DNA of 64,000 nucleotides from Candidatus Woesebacteria bacterium (GCA_020060845.1 JAGUZK010000017.1:23935-87934), one strand, 5' to 3'; positions 41,725 through 51,212 are shown, numbered from the stretch's first letter. Numbers and translations: made by a program. The notes: generated by a model not told the origin, from the sequence alone.

Positions 41725-42768
41725 TTATGCGATTAATCTTGTACTCTTAAAATGTTTATTATAAGCTTCGATTGGTGATTTTTGGAAAAAGCACCTTCTC
41801 ATAATTTCTGCGTCTGAAAACACCCTTTTCTTTTGTGTTTCAACTCTTTCTCTAAAAGTATCTTTCAAAAACTCAGTATTCCAAAGGATCGCTCTAATAC
41901 TGCCTCTCAGGGCAGACAAACTCTTTCTTTTCAAAAGCACCAAAAACCCTCTCCCCAGATTTATTAAAAGACTCATAGGTAAATATTTTACCAGATTTTT
42001 CAATTCATAATTTTTAATTATTGACCTAAATGAATTTTTGGCAAGATGGAAATAAATTTTTTCATAAGTCCCCCCCATATGAGCTCTTTTTTCAACTGGT
42101 TTTGTGAAATGGTAAACAATGGACTTTGGTGACAAAACAATTCTATAACCAACTACCCAGACCCTCCAGGAAAAATCCAAATCTTCAGTATAAACAGCTT
42201 CTTTCTCATCAAACCCTCCGATCTTTTCAAAAACATCTTTTTTCACCGCAAGACTCGCCGAAATTGCAACAATTTCTCTCTCTTTAAGTTTATTTTTTAC
42301 CTTTGGATATTTCTCCCATTGATAAAAAGGTAAAAGCCAACCTGTTTGAGGCATTAAAAGCCCACCTGCCATTTGAATTAAACTTCTTCTTTCAAAATCC
42401 AAAATTAGAGATTGAGCAGCTCCATTTTTTTTATCTTTCAGCAACGGATTAACGAGCTCCTTTAGCCAAGCTTTATCAACTTCAGTATCGTTATCTAAAA
42501 AAACCAATATTTCCCCTTTTGCAACTTTCACCGCTTTATTCCTACTAGCTGCTGCGCCTAAGTTTTTCTCATTTTTCAAAAGTTTAAATCTTTTATCCTT
42601 TTTCAAAAACTTGTGGATAATCTTCAGACTTTTATCGGTTGAGCCATCATCCACCAAAATTACCTCAAAATTCCTATAAGAGGATTTTGAGACCGAAGAA
42701 AGACAAGTACTTAAATACTTTTCTCCATTAAAGTTTGGGATAATAATTGATACTAATCTATTTTTCAT
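41725..42768 (-). CDS. Glycosyltransferase GT2
   Basis: DDGSTD, NLGAAASRN, LDNDT, GGFDE, EDLDFSWR. Confidence 0.9.
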   Translation of the reverse strand: MKNRLVSIIIPNFNGEKYLSTCLSSVSKSSYRNFEVILVDDGSTDKSLKIIHKFLKKDKRFKLLKNEKNLGAAASRNKAVKVAKGEILVFLDNDTEVDKAWLKELVNPLLKDKKNGAAQSLILDFERRSLIQMAGGLLMPQTGWLLPFYQWEKYPKVKNKLKEREIVAISASLAVKKDVFEKIGGFDEKEAVYTEDLDFSWRVWVVGYRIVLSPKSIVYHFTKPVEKRAHMGGTYEKIYFHLAKNSFRSIIKNYELKNLVKYLPMSLLINLGRGFLVLLKRKSLSALRGSIRAILWNTEFLKDTFRERVETQKKRVFSDAEIMRRCFFQKSPIEAYNKHFKSTRLIA

Positions 42769-42839
42769 TTTTCTCTAAAATAGATCAAATTCATACCGGA
42801 TATCATTAGAAACAAAAAGGGGGCACATGCTTTAATGAT

Positions 42840-43721
42840 CTAATTTTCCAAGATTCCATTTATACTACCCTTCAAATAATTAATAATTGCATTTATTCTT
42901 TTATATTTCAAAGCCAATCTTAAATAGTAAAAAAAATAGATAGGCAAAAAGAACCAAAAGGTGGGCTTTCCAAAATCCTTCATAAACAAAATCCTGTTTC
43001 TTGCCACAAAATAGGCTCTTGATAAAAGCCTTTCTGCCTCTTCTTTTGGATCTTCCGGGATCTTATGATAAGCAATTGCTTTTGGCGCATAATAAGTCTT
43101 AAACCCGGCACGCTTTGCCCTAAAACAAAAATCAGTATCCTCGAAGGTTGCAAAATATTTATTATCGAATCTTTTAATCCTTCTAATAACCTGCCTTTTT
43201 ACAAGCATCGCAGCGGGTGCAACTTGAACTTCTTCAATCTTTTCGTACTGGCCTGCATCGTCTCCCCCGCGAAAAAGAATTTGTCCTGTCCAAAGATTTA
43301 TTCCAGTTCCAGAGGACCAAATCTTTTTACGGTTGCTAAAGTAGTAAATTTTCGGAGTGACTATTCCAATACTTTTATCCATCTCCGCTACCTTTACAAG
43401 CTCTTCGAGCATTTTTTTATCTGCAACCATATCGTGGTCAAAGAAAAATAGATAATCCGATTTTTTTGAAGCTTCCTTTATTCCACGGTTTCTTCCCCCC
43501 GTCACCCCCAAATTTTTTTCGTTCCTATAAATTTTTAATTTTAAATTGTAATTTTGATTTTTGAATTTTGAATTTTGAATTCTCTCAAAAGTCCCGTCAG
43601 TTGAAGCATTATCCACAACAATAACCTCAAAAGGTCTAGGTGCTTGTTTTAAGATAGAATCAATACATTCCCTTAAAGTATTCCAACTGTTGTAGGTTGG
43701 AACAATCACTGATATTTTCAT
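42840..43721 (-). CDS. Glycosyltransferase GT2
   Basis: DNASTDGT, NLGVTGGRN, FDHD, EDTDFCFR; carries the low-complexity insert IQNSKFKNQNYNLKLK. Confidence 0.9.
   Translation of the reverse strand: MKISVIVPTYNSWNTLRECIDSILKQAPRPFEVIVVDNASTDGTFERIQNSKFKNQNYNLKLKIYRNEKNLGVTGGRNRGIKEASKKSDYLFFFDHDMVADKKMLEELVKVAEMDKSIGIVTPKIYYFSNRKKIWSSGTGINLWTGQILFRGGDDAGQYEKIEEVQVAPAAMLVKRQVIRRIKRFDNKYFATFEDTDFCFRAKRAGFKTYYAPKAIAYHKIPEDPKEEAERLLSRAYFVARNRILFMKDFGKPTFWFFLPIYFFYYLRLALKYKRINAIINYLKGSINGILEN
43531..43579. repeat. Heptamer tandem repeat within a CDS
   Basis: (TTTTGAA)x3 perfect at 43559-43579, preceded by four degenerate units. Confidence 0.8.
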
Positions 43722-44614
43722 TTTTTATGAGCAAATATACCAATATTTCCAGCAGCTAATGTAAGAGGAAAATCTAAACTTGTTTTGATCAAAAAATTTG
43801 CCAATTGTGTTTTTAGATTTCTTGGAATTGGCGCCATTTTAAACCAATATGAAATTGGGTAAGTGTTTTTTATATCAAAAACTTCAACATTCTTGAATCC
43901 ATTTTCCACAAATATCCTCCCAAGGGTTTCTTTATTGAATAGGTAAATGTGCTCTATATCAAAAATTGGTGATCTTTCACCAAACAACTTGACCGATAAA
44001 CCATCAGTGTCATGAACAATAAAAAAAGCTCTTCCGCTACTTTTCAGCAGGGAATAAGTTGTCTTGAGAAACTGATTTGGATCTAGTACATGATCAAGAG
44101 TATGGAAACACGTAATAACATCAAAATAATTACTTCTGAACAAGTTTCTTCTTAAAAAACCAATTTTTATTACCCTTTGTAGTATTTTAGGAGCATTCAA
44201 AACACTTGGCTTACCAGGTTCTACACCATAAACATTTTTAATTCCCATTTCAATTACTTTCTTTAAGAAAAAACCATTACCGCAACCAATATCAAGAAGA
44301 GTTAACCTCTCTCTACGACGTCTGGGCAAAATCTTACTTAAATAACGAGAGTAAGTCTCACTCAGATAAGATGATTGATCCTCGTAATGAAAACCACTTT
44401 TTGAATAAAACTCACGAATTTTCTTTTCCTCGAGAATGGGGGACGAAAAAATTAGTCCACAACGGAGGCACTTAACTATCCGATAATGAATACCATCTGG
44501 TGACCTGCGGGCAGAAAATAATTTTACGTCAATCTTATCAGTATCAAAATTCTTTTTATATAAGAGTCTTAGTCTCTGTTTACTTTTACAAATAGCACAT
44601 ACCGTATTGATCAT
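43718..44614 (-). CDS. Class I SAM methyltransferase with N-terminal Zn-binding cysteines
   Basis: CAIC..CLRC, LDIGCGNG, GVEP, FHTLDHV, DIEH. ATG 44614. Confidence 0.85.
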   Translation of the reverse strand: MINTVCAICKSKQRLRLLYKKNFDTDKIDVKLFSARRSPDGIHYRIVKCLRCGLIFSSPILEEKKIREFYSKSGFHYEDQSSYLSETYSRYLSKILPRRRRERLTLLDIGCGNGFFLKKVIEMGIKNVYGVEPGKPSVLNAPKILQRVIKIGFLRRNLFRSNYFDVITCFHTLDHVLDPNQFLKTTYSLLKSSGRAFFIVHDTDGLSVKLFGERSPIFDIEHIYLFNKETLGRIFVENGFKNVEVFDIKNTYPISYWFKMAPIPRNLKTQLANFLIKTSLDFPLTLAAGNIGIFAHKK

Positions 44615-44656
44615 CAAAAGTATTATACTTTCTTATTTCCTAATTTTAAATAAACT

Positions 44657-45646
44657 TTAATAAATGTCATTCCTGTCTACTTTTTCAGTTTTTGTATATT
44701 TTGATTTGGGTTTATTAAAAATACTTTTCACCACATACATTGGTCTTTGTTTTACTTCTTCAAATATCTTGGCAATATATTCTCCGACAATACTAACTGC
44801 CAAAAGTTGTATGCCTCCTAAAAAGAGAATTAAAATTATGATAGTCGAAATACCATGGGGGGTATTGGGAAAAAGAAACCTCATTACAACTTGAATAAAT
44901 ATTCCAAGAAAAGAAAACACCACAACAACTAAAGATAGATACAGCATAAATTCTAAAGGCACATAAGAAAATGAAAATATGCCCTTCCTTGCCCAAGCTA
45001 AATTTTTTCTCCAGTTATTAGTTGAGCTCCCAAACATCCTTTCCGGCCTAACATAAGGTACACCAATTTGCTTAAAACCAACCCATGCTCTTAACCCCCT
45101 TATGAATCTGTCTCTTTCGGGCATGAGATTTAAAATATCAACCACCTTCCTGTCAATTAAGGAAAAGTCACCCGCATCTAAAGGAATTTCGATGTAAGAA
45201 AGAGTTCTAAAAATTCTGTAGAAAATCTTAGGACCAATTTGTAGAACTGGCGTAGTTACTCTTTTAATCCTCTCTCCGTAGACTACATCATAACCCCCCA
45301 ACCACTTCTCGTAAAATTTTTCGATCAGTTCCGGTGGATCTTGTAAATCTCCATCTAGTAAAACTACGGCGTCACCAGTAGCTATCTTCATTCCACTAGT
45401 AAAGGCCATCTGAGAACTAAAATTTCTGGAATGATTTATTGCGATTACCCTTTTATCCTTATTAGCTAATTTTCTCAGTATTTCCTCGGTGTTATCAGGA
45501 CTACCATCGTTGACAAAAATTATCTCAAAATCGACCTTTATCTTTCTAAATGTCTTTAAAAGTCTCTTATACATAAAAGGTATAGCGGGAGCGTCTTTGT
45601 ACAAAGTTACTATTGCCGAAATTTTTTTTCTTTTATTCTCTTTCAT
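44657..45646 (-). CDS. GtrB/ArnC-like polyprenol-phosphate glycosyltransferase (GT2 plus 2 TM)
   Basis: VNDGSPD, SRNF, DGDLQDPPE, AGDFSLIDR, RFIRGLRAWVGF, GEYIAKIFEEVKQRP. Confidence 0.9.
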   Translation of the reverse strand: MKENKRKKISAIVTLYKDAPAIPFMYKRLLKTFRKIKVDFEIIFVNDGSPDNTEEILRKLANKDKRVIAINHSRNFSSQMAFTSGMKIATGDAVVLLDGDLQDPPELIEKFYEKWLGGYDVVYGERIKRVTTPVLQIGPKIFYRIFRTLSYIEIPLDAGDFSLIDRKVVDILNLMPERDRFIRGLRAWVGFKQIGVPYVRPERMFGSSTNNWRKNLAWARKGIFSFSYVPLEFMLYLSLVVVVFSFLGIFIQVVMRFLFPNTPHGISTIIILILFLGGIQLLAVSIVGEYIAKIFEEVKQRPMYVVKSIFNKPKSKYTKTEKVDRNDIY

Positions 45647-46586
45647 AAAATCTGGTGTTTTTACTAAACCATTTTATAGACTCATACAAACCTTTTTCAA
45701 AATCGTATCTTGGTTCCCATTTTAATATCTTTTTAGCCAAGGTATTGTCTCCAACCCAATAATTTGTATCCCAGGGCCTTTTTTCATAAGTTCCCACATT
45801 AATCTTTGATGAAGAATTCGTAAGTTTAACTATCGTTTTGGCAGCTTTTTCAATTGACGTCTGCGAACCCGAACAAATGTTGAATATACGATGATCAAAA
45901 TCTTTCAGCTCTAAGCACGATAAATATGCATCAACAACATCCTTCACATAAATAAAATCTCTCTTTGGACCTCTTACCACATTAATATCTCTCCCTTCCA
46001 AGGCTGAGATTACAGCAGTGGGTATAAATCTGCCGGGTTCCTCATAAGGACCATACACTGAAAACAACCTTAATGTTACAATAGGTAATCTATTTAATAC
46101 CCCAAAAGTATATCCTATCATGGTTGCAGAGGCTTTTGTTGCTGCATAAAAACTCGCGGGTTCAAGAAAATCTGTTTCTTTCATCGGTTTACTTTTATAA
46201 CCATATTCTGAAGAACTCCCAGTATTCACAAAAAGCCTAAAATCTATTTTCTCAAGGCTCGTTAGAAGGTTTGTCATACCTAAAATATTTGCCTTTATTG
46301 CATCTTCCAAAGAATTCTGTGCTGGATAAGCCCCGTATGCAGCAAGATGGAAAATAATATCTGGTTTTATTTTTGAAAGAGCAGTTTTAACTCTATTTTT
46401 ATCTAAAAGATCTACTTCTAAGACTTTTGTTTTATCTAAAAGATCTTTAATCCTCCAAGTTTTAGAATTTTTTCTTAAAAAAATAAAGGTATTAGCTTTT
46501 GCAAACCTATTTATTATTTCCCTCAAAAGACATGACCCAACAAAACCACTTGCTCCAGTTATAAGAATTTTCTTATTATCAATCAT
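45633..46586 (-). CDS. NAD-dependent epimerase/dehydratase/reductase (extended SDR)
   Basis: TGASGFVG, HLAA, GSSSEYG, YAATK, RDFIYVKD. Confidence 0.9.
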   Translation of the reverse strand: MIDNKKILITGASGFVGSCLLREIINRFAKANTFIFLRKNSKTWRIKDLLDKTKVLEVDLLDKNRVKTALSKIKPDIIFHLAAYGAYPAQNSLEDAIKANILGMTNLLTSLEKIDFRLFVNTGSSSEYGYKSKPMKETDFLEPASFYAATKASATMIGYTFGVLNRLPIVTLRLFSVYGPYEEPGRFIPTAVISALEGRDINVVRGPKRDFIYVKDVVDAYLSCLELKDFDHRIFNICSGSQTSIEKAAKTIVKLTNSSSKINVGTYEKRPWDTNYWVGDNTLAKKILKWEPRYDFEKGLYESIKWFSKNTRFYERE

Positions 46587-46603
46587 AGAGAATTAACTAA
46601 TAC

Positions 46604-47107
46604 TCACCTTTTTAAATTTATATACCATGGTTTATCGCTTTTTAGCATCTCGTCAACTAAATTAGGTATTTCCTCTACGGTATTAGGCCACCGTGATTCT
46701 ATATTGGTAAATACCCCCATAATTTGCTTCTCCTCTAAGGACCAATGTGAAATCCCATCGTGAAAATAATCCTTATCCCTTCCGGATCCTACCAGCTTAA
46801 CGGGTATTCTTTCATACTCCAGATAGTTTCTAATCGATTCAAAAGGTCTATAAATGAGAAACGTCGTAATCGAATAAACTATCGGTATCATTCCTTGTAA
46901 TGCTAGTCCTACAGCGATACCAAGCATTGCTTGTTCTGAAGCACCACAATTTATAAATCTCTCTGGATATTTCTCTCGGACACGGTCCCACATCTTATAA
47001 CCCAAATCGCCCGTTAATACCCAAATCCTTTTATCAGCCTGCATACGAAGGTAAATTTCGTGAGCAAAATAACCACGCATGCTAGGGTGTGGTTTATAAT
47101 CTTTCAT
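46604..47107 (-). CDS. Transketolase-like pyrimidine-binding subunit (no C-terminal domain)
   Basis: LTGDLG, RFINCGASEQAM, GLALQG, GISH; ends right after the Pyr domain at 167 aa. Confidence 0.85.
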   Translation of the reverse strand: MKDYKPHPSMRGYFAHEIYLRMQADKRIWVLTGDLGYKMWDRVREKYPERFINCGASEQAMLGIAVGLALQGMIPIVYSITTFLIYRPFESIRNYLEYERIPVKLVGSGRDKDYFHDGISHWSLEEKQIMGVFTNIESRWPNTVEEIPNLVDEMLKSDKPWYINLKR

Positions 47108-47826
47108 CTCAAGAGCTTTAATGCTAAATCAAAATCTTCCTTTTTCATAACATAATAATGAGCATCTTGATCTCGCAAAAATGGAAGTTGATTGACAGAG
47201 GTTGATGCAAAAATTAAAAGAGGATTGTTAATTGTTTTAATTTTTAATGCATTTACTATGGCACTTATATTGTGTCCATCCACATCTATGACTTTGCATC
47301 CAAAAGATCTAAGCCTCTTTTTAAGTAATCCAAGATTCACCTTATCGTAAGCTCCCCAACCATTTGCGTTAAGAATTATCTTAAGATTGGATAATCTATT
47401 CTCGTAAGCAATCTTTAAGGCCTCCCAAATACTTCCTTCAGCACATTCACCATCGGATATAATACAGTAAACGTTTTTTGACCTATCTCCAAGTGCCATA
47501 CCAACGGCAATTGGTAAGCCATGACCAAGACTACCAGTCGAAACATCGATACCAATATTCGGATTGCGGTCGGGGTGAACGTTTAGCTCTTCAGCAGAAG
47601 CGTCGTCTAACAGATTAAATTTTTCTAAAATTACATATAAGGCTACCGCCGCATGCCCATTAGACAAAACAAATTTCTCATATTCCTTCTTAACTTTATA
47701 AACAGCATGAATCAAATCCACACACGACAAACACGATCCGATATGAGAAAGCCCTCTTTTAAAACTTATCTCAAGGATCCTTTTTCGTATAGCTTTTTGT
47801 TCTTTTGAAAGCAGTCTGTATTTCAC
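47104..47826 (-). CDS. Transketolase-like N-terminal (ThDP-binding) subunit
   Basis: HIGSCLS, LSNGHA, HPD, STGSLGHGL, SDGECAEGSIWEA, VDGH. Confidence 0.88.
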   Translation of the reverse strand: MKYRLLSKEQKAIRKRILEISFKRGLSHIGSCLSCVDLIHAVYKVKKEYEKFVLSNGHAAVALYVILEKFNLLDDASAEELNVHPDRNPNIGIDVSTGSLGHGLPIAVGMALGDRSKNVYCIISDGECAEGSIWEALKIAYENRLSNLKIILNANGWGAYDKVNLGLLKKRLRSFGCKVIDVDGHNISAIVNALKIKTINNPLLIFASTSVNQLPFLRDQDAHYYVMKKEDFDLALKLLR

Positions 47827-47842
47827 TTAAAAATATTATTTG

Positions 47843-49405
47843 TTATTTTAGTTCACAATTCGCCTCTTGCAAAAACAGATTTCTCTGCTTATCGGAAACG
47901 TTAGTCAAAACCCCATTATTTAACTCCCAAGCGTGAATATGGGATATTGGTATAGGTTCTTTCTGGAGTGACCACTTTCCCACAGACGGCCTTTCTACCA
48001 TTTCTCCACAAATTAGTTTTTTAATTAACTCCCTATCCCCTGTTACAATTGGGAAATCATCGAGATTCTTAAATCCCCTTTTTATTCCGAACGGCACGGA
48101 AAACGACCAATCTAGAGCTACCCCCCGCAGATAGTCTCCCCCACCATACATGAATATACTGTTTACCTCTCCTTCAGGAACATCCCCGTTAATTTTAAGC
48201 CAAAGATTCTCCACTACAACATAATCCCTATATCTCCCCTGCTCCGCTAAAATTTTGTTAGCTCTAATTATATTAAAAATAACAAAGATTACAGACAATA
48301 AAATTCCTGCTTTCTTATTTTTCAGCAAGGAAATCAAGAAAGAAAATAGAATTACCACCCCAACAGAAGAAAGTGTTAAATATCTATGAGATGTCCCAAG
48401 AACCAAAGTCTGATCAAACAACCAATTTGGGAAATAAGGGACAAATATCCAAGCTAAAGAGAAAATAATTACTTTAAAGGAATGGCTTCTTTTCTTAAAA
48501 ATAAATAAAAAAAACAAAAACACCAATATAAAAAATGTAAAAAACCCAACTCTAACTGTAAAAACGTTAGGATTAGATAGAGAACCTGTTTCTGAAATAT
48601 TCAGAAACCATCCAGTTAACAAATTACCCACTGAATTAAAAAAATTCTTTAGTATTGCTTTATTATTCATCACCACAGCCCACTTTTCATAGATTCCATT
48701 AAAAGAAAAAAAACCGTTTGGTGTTGCTAATCTAAGTAATATAAAAACATACAAAAACATGCTTAAATTTCTGAACACTATCCTTCGTAAGCTTATATCA
48801 TCATGGGAGACAGCCGACAGAAAATCCCAAAAAGTAAGAAGTGCAACTAAAAAAAGAGCTCTACCTGGTGAAGTAAATACCGCTAAAGTTAAGAAAATCA
48901 AGGAATAAATGAAATGCTTCTCCAATTTGTTAGAAACACACCAAAAATAACAAGCTAACGAAAAGAAAAATATCAAAATAGCTGATGTATGAGCACTAAC
49001 CCAAACAAATGACTCCAGCCCACCAGCTAATGACGCAAAAAACAATCCTCCTAAAACCGAAGCTCTATAAGAATTGGTAAGACCTTTTATTAAAATAAAT
49101 ACAGCGATTGCATCGAATATTCTCAAAATTATTCCATACACTTGCCAATAAAACGATTTAAATGCTAATATCTTTGCAAGCAGAAACTGCTCTATAGCTG
49201 ATCCGGGATGAAGTCTTATAGCAGCAAGTTCATGCAAAAGAAGGTCTGGTCTATATACCGCTGCCCACAATTGTCCCCAATCATCCCTCCAAAAGTGAAA
49301 CCTTAAAGCTCTATTAAGTGACAAGAATGCCAAAAGGGAAACTGCAAAAAAATATAAAAAATTTTTTAACTTCTTGTTTTTCACTCCCCTCATATTATAA
49401 AACAC
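47843..49405 (-). CDS. Putative GT-C membrane glycosyltransferase
   Basis: Multi-TM; FWRDDW acidic first loop, ESFVWVS, HRYL; soluble C-terminal domain. The start may be ATG 49393. Confidence 0.65.
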   Translation of the reverse strand: MFYNMRGVKNKKLKNFLYFFAVSLLAFLSLNRALRFHFWRDDWGQLWAAVYRPDLLLHELAAIRLHPGSAIEQFLLAKILAFKSFYWQVYGIILRIFDAIAVFILIKGLTNSYRASVLGGLFFASLAGGLESFVWVSAHTSAILIFFFSLACYFWCVSNKLEKHFIYSLIFLTLAVFTSPGRALFLVALLTFWDFLSAVSHDDISLRRIVFRNLSMFLYVFILLRLATPNGFFSFNGIYEKWAVVMNNKAILKNFFNSVGNLLTGWFLNISETGSLSNPNVFTVRVGFFTFFILVFLFFLFIFKKRSHSFKVIIFSLAWIFVPYFPNWLFDQTLVLGTSHRYLTLSSVGVVILFSFLISLLKNKKAGILLSVIFVIFNIIRANKILAEQGRYRDYVVVENLWLKINGDVPEGEVNSIFMYGGGDYLRGVALDWSFSVPFGIKRGFKNLDDFPIVTGDRELIKKLICGEMVERPSVGKWSLQKEPIPISHIHAWELNNGVLTNVSDKQRNLFLQEANCELK

Positions 49406-49419
49406 AAAAACATTCTCAA

Positions 49420-49867
49420 CTTACTGTAACACCTTTTAAAAATATCTAAACCCACTCCTTTTTCAATTGGGAAATTCCTTAATCACTTTTGCCATCGATT
49501 TTTATTGACACTTGCTACGTAGAAAAAATTTAGCTTGATCATCTTTACTTAAATATTCTACTACTTCAAAATATATCAAAAAAATTAACTTTCTCTCCCG
49601 ATTGGTAATTTTTTAAATACTCTCTTTTACAGGATCATCGTAAATCTTGTATTTTTTACAAAAATCGAGTTAAACTTATTGAAATCCATTCCGATCAACC
49701 TTACCTTCATTGTCCAGGTGTCTATGTAAGATAAACTAAAATAAAGTTACCACATCCACAATCCACAATTATTTTATCTTTAAGGTTTGGAAAACAAAAG
49801 GATGATATAAAAAGGGTAGAAGCCCACCCCAAACAAACTTTTGATTTTTTCTTTTTTCTCTTGACAT
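49420..49867 (-). pseudogene. Decayed class I SAM methyltransferase
   Basis: Colinear motif fragments broken by stops and frameshifts: KDKIIVDCGCGNF (DCGCG at 49749-49763), RLIGMD (49684-49701), EVVEYL (49550-49567), KVIKEFPN. Confidence 0.65.
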
Positions 49868-49960
49868 ACTCTCAAGTGTAACCTAAAAATATTATACTTC
49901 CTAAATCCAACCTCTAGTCAAAATTATAAAGCATACAAAATTAAAAACAAATTATATACT

Positions 49961-50113
49961 TCACCTAAAAATGACATCTACTGAAAACTTCTGGAGTAGC
50001 AAATAAATCAAAAACAGAATCTTAATCGGATTGTTGTAAAGGAGCCGCCAGGAAGTCGATAAGAGCTGGGAGCGCCGATGGAGGAAAACTACTCGTTTCT
50101 CTATATTTTTCAT
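49961..50113 (-). CDS. Possible 50-aa ORF
   Basis: ATG overlaps the upstream stop (ATGA): MKNIEKRVVFLHRRSQLLSTSWRLLYNNPIKILFLIYLLLQKFSVDVIFR. May be spurious. Confidence 0.25.
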   Translation of the reverse strand: MKNIEKRVVFLHRRSQLLSTSWRLLYNNPIKILFLIYLLLQKFSVDVIFR

Positions 50114-50768
50114 TCCCTTTTTTTGGTTGACAAATTTAATGTGTAGCCAGCAAATCTTTGGTCTAATTCTTGCAGTTTTTTCGGATCTTTAATCGTCTTC
50201 CTAAAACCTTTCCATAAGGATCTATTAAAGCTCTTTTGGGCTTTTTGAAAATCTGGATTTTCTGGATCTGCCAACAATGCCATAATAATTAGTTTTGCTG
50301 CCGCTTGTTGAAGACCTCTGCCTTCCGTACCTTCTCTTCCAACTATCTTACCCGGATATTCCAACTCAACTGCCTTTTGATAACACCAAATTACTAACTT
50401 TTTGAATTTTTCCGGTCTAAGTACAGCAAACATTCCCGCCGACCTGTCATATTCTTCTGTTGGTGGAATCTGCTCGGTAAATTTCACCCATTCACCCTTC
50501 TCCCCATCTCTCTTATAGACTAGCACTTCACTAGTAATATTGCCTTGTTCATCTAAAGCTACTTTAGCTCGAAACTGGCTACTGTCCAAAAGTCTTTTTT
50601 TTTCGGGGTCGGTCAGCCTTTCTAAATTACAACCAGCATCAATTAAAGATTGTCTTAATGCACTTAAGGTATCAGGTGTTAGACGAATCGGCTCTTGGTT
50701 TTCAATAGAAGTTTTAATTAAATTCTTTACTATCTCCTTTGGGGTTTTTCTCTTTCAGAATCTGACAT
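50110..50768 (-). CDS. Orphan protein, apparently frameshifted near its 5' end
   Basis: The frame of track ORF 50110-50589 stays open to 50754 without an ATG. ATG 50768 (MSDSEREK) joins it if one base is added in AAAAACCCC. Confidence 0.55.
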
Positions 50769-50812
50769 TTAATTCACATTTAAACATAAAGCCCCAAATA
50801 CATTCTAAACTA

Positions 50813-51061
50813 TTATTCCCTTTGACCGGAGGAAAGATATGGCTTTGCCATCTTTCTAGCTTTTCGTGCTTGCTCGTGGTTACAGGTAGAATTTCCAACT
50901 TGATAAGCAAGACCACTACTTCCAGGCACTTGTCTTTCATATTGAATCTCGTTCCAAATTACAGACGCTTCAAAACATTCTCCCAAAAACTGACACTGAC
51001 CTGCGTACTTGCAATTGCTGGCGGGTTCAAAATTTGGTTTAGAGCCAATACTTTCAGACAT
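50813..51061 (-). CDS. Small Cys-rich orphan protein
   Basis: ATG 51061 (MSESIGSK) lies 7 nt after TATAAT; pattern C-x5-C-x5-C...C-x-H. Confidence 0.5.
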   Translation of the reverse strand: MSESIGSKPNFEPASNCKYAGQCQFLGECFEASVIWNEIQYERQVPGSSGLAYQVGNSTCNHEQARKARKMAKPYLSSGQRE

Positions 51062-51189
51062 TTTATAAATTATACTAAAAAAGTCATTGATTACACTCAA
51101 AGAAAGAAATATTGAGAAAACAAATGTATCTGAAATTGTCCAGACACCAAAGTATCAATTAAGGACACAAAGTTTAAGTTTTGCTCCCA

Positions 51190-51212
51190 CCTATCTTAGT
51201 ACTAAGGATAGG
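51190..51212. other. Near-perfect intergenic palindrome
   Basis: CCTATCTTAGT-ACTAAGGATAGG, with one extra G in the right arm. Confidence 0.6.

Noticed and set aside
46604-47826. Frameshifted pseudogene of a single transketolase
   Set aside because: The two ORFs are cleanly ATGA-coupled at a domain boundary with intact motifs, and split transketolase-like pairs are a known architecture.
49990-50100. tRNA or other known RNA serving as an integration site
   Set aside because: No cloverleaf, T-loop GTTCRA or CCA end, and no match to SRP or riboswitch consensus that I can recognise.
50755-50940. TGA readthrough or alternative genetic code joining this ORF to 50110-50754
   Set aside because: TGA is a normal stop for many genes here (ATGA overlaps), the ORF overlaps a better-supported gene in another frame, and a one-base frameshift is simpler.
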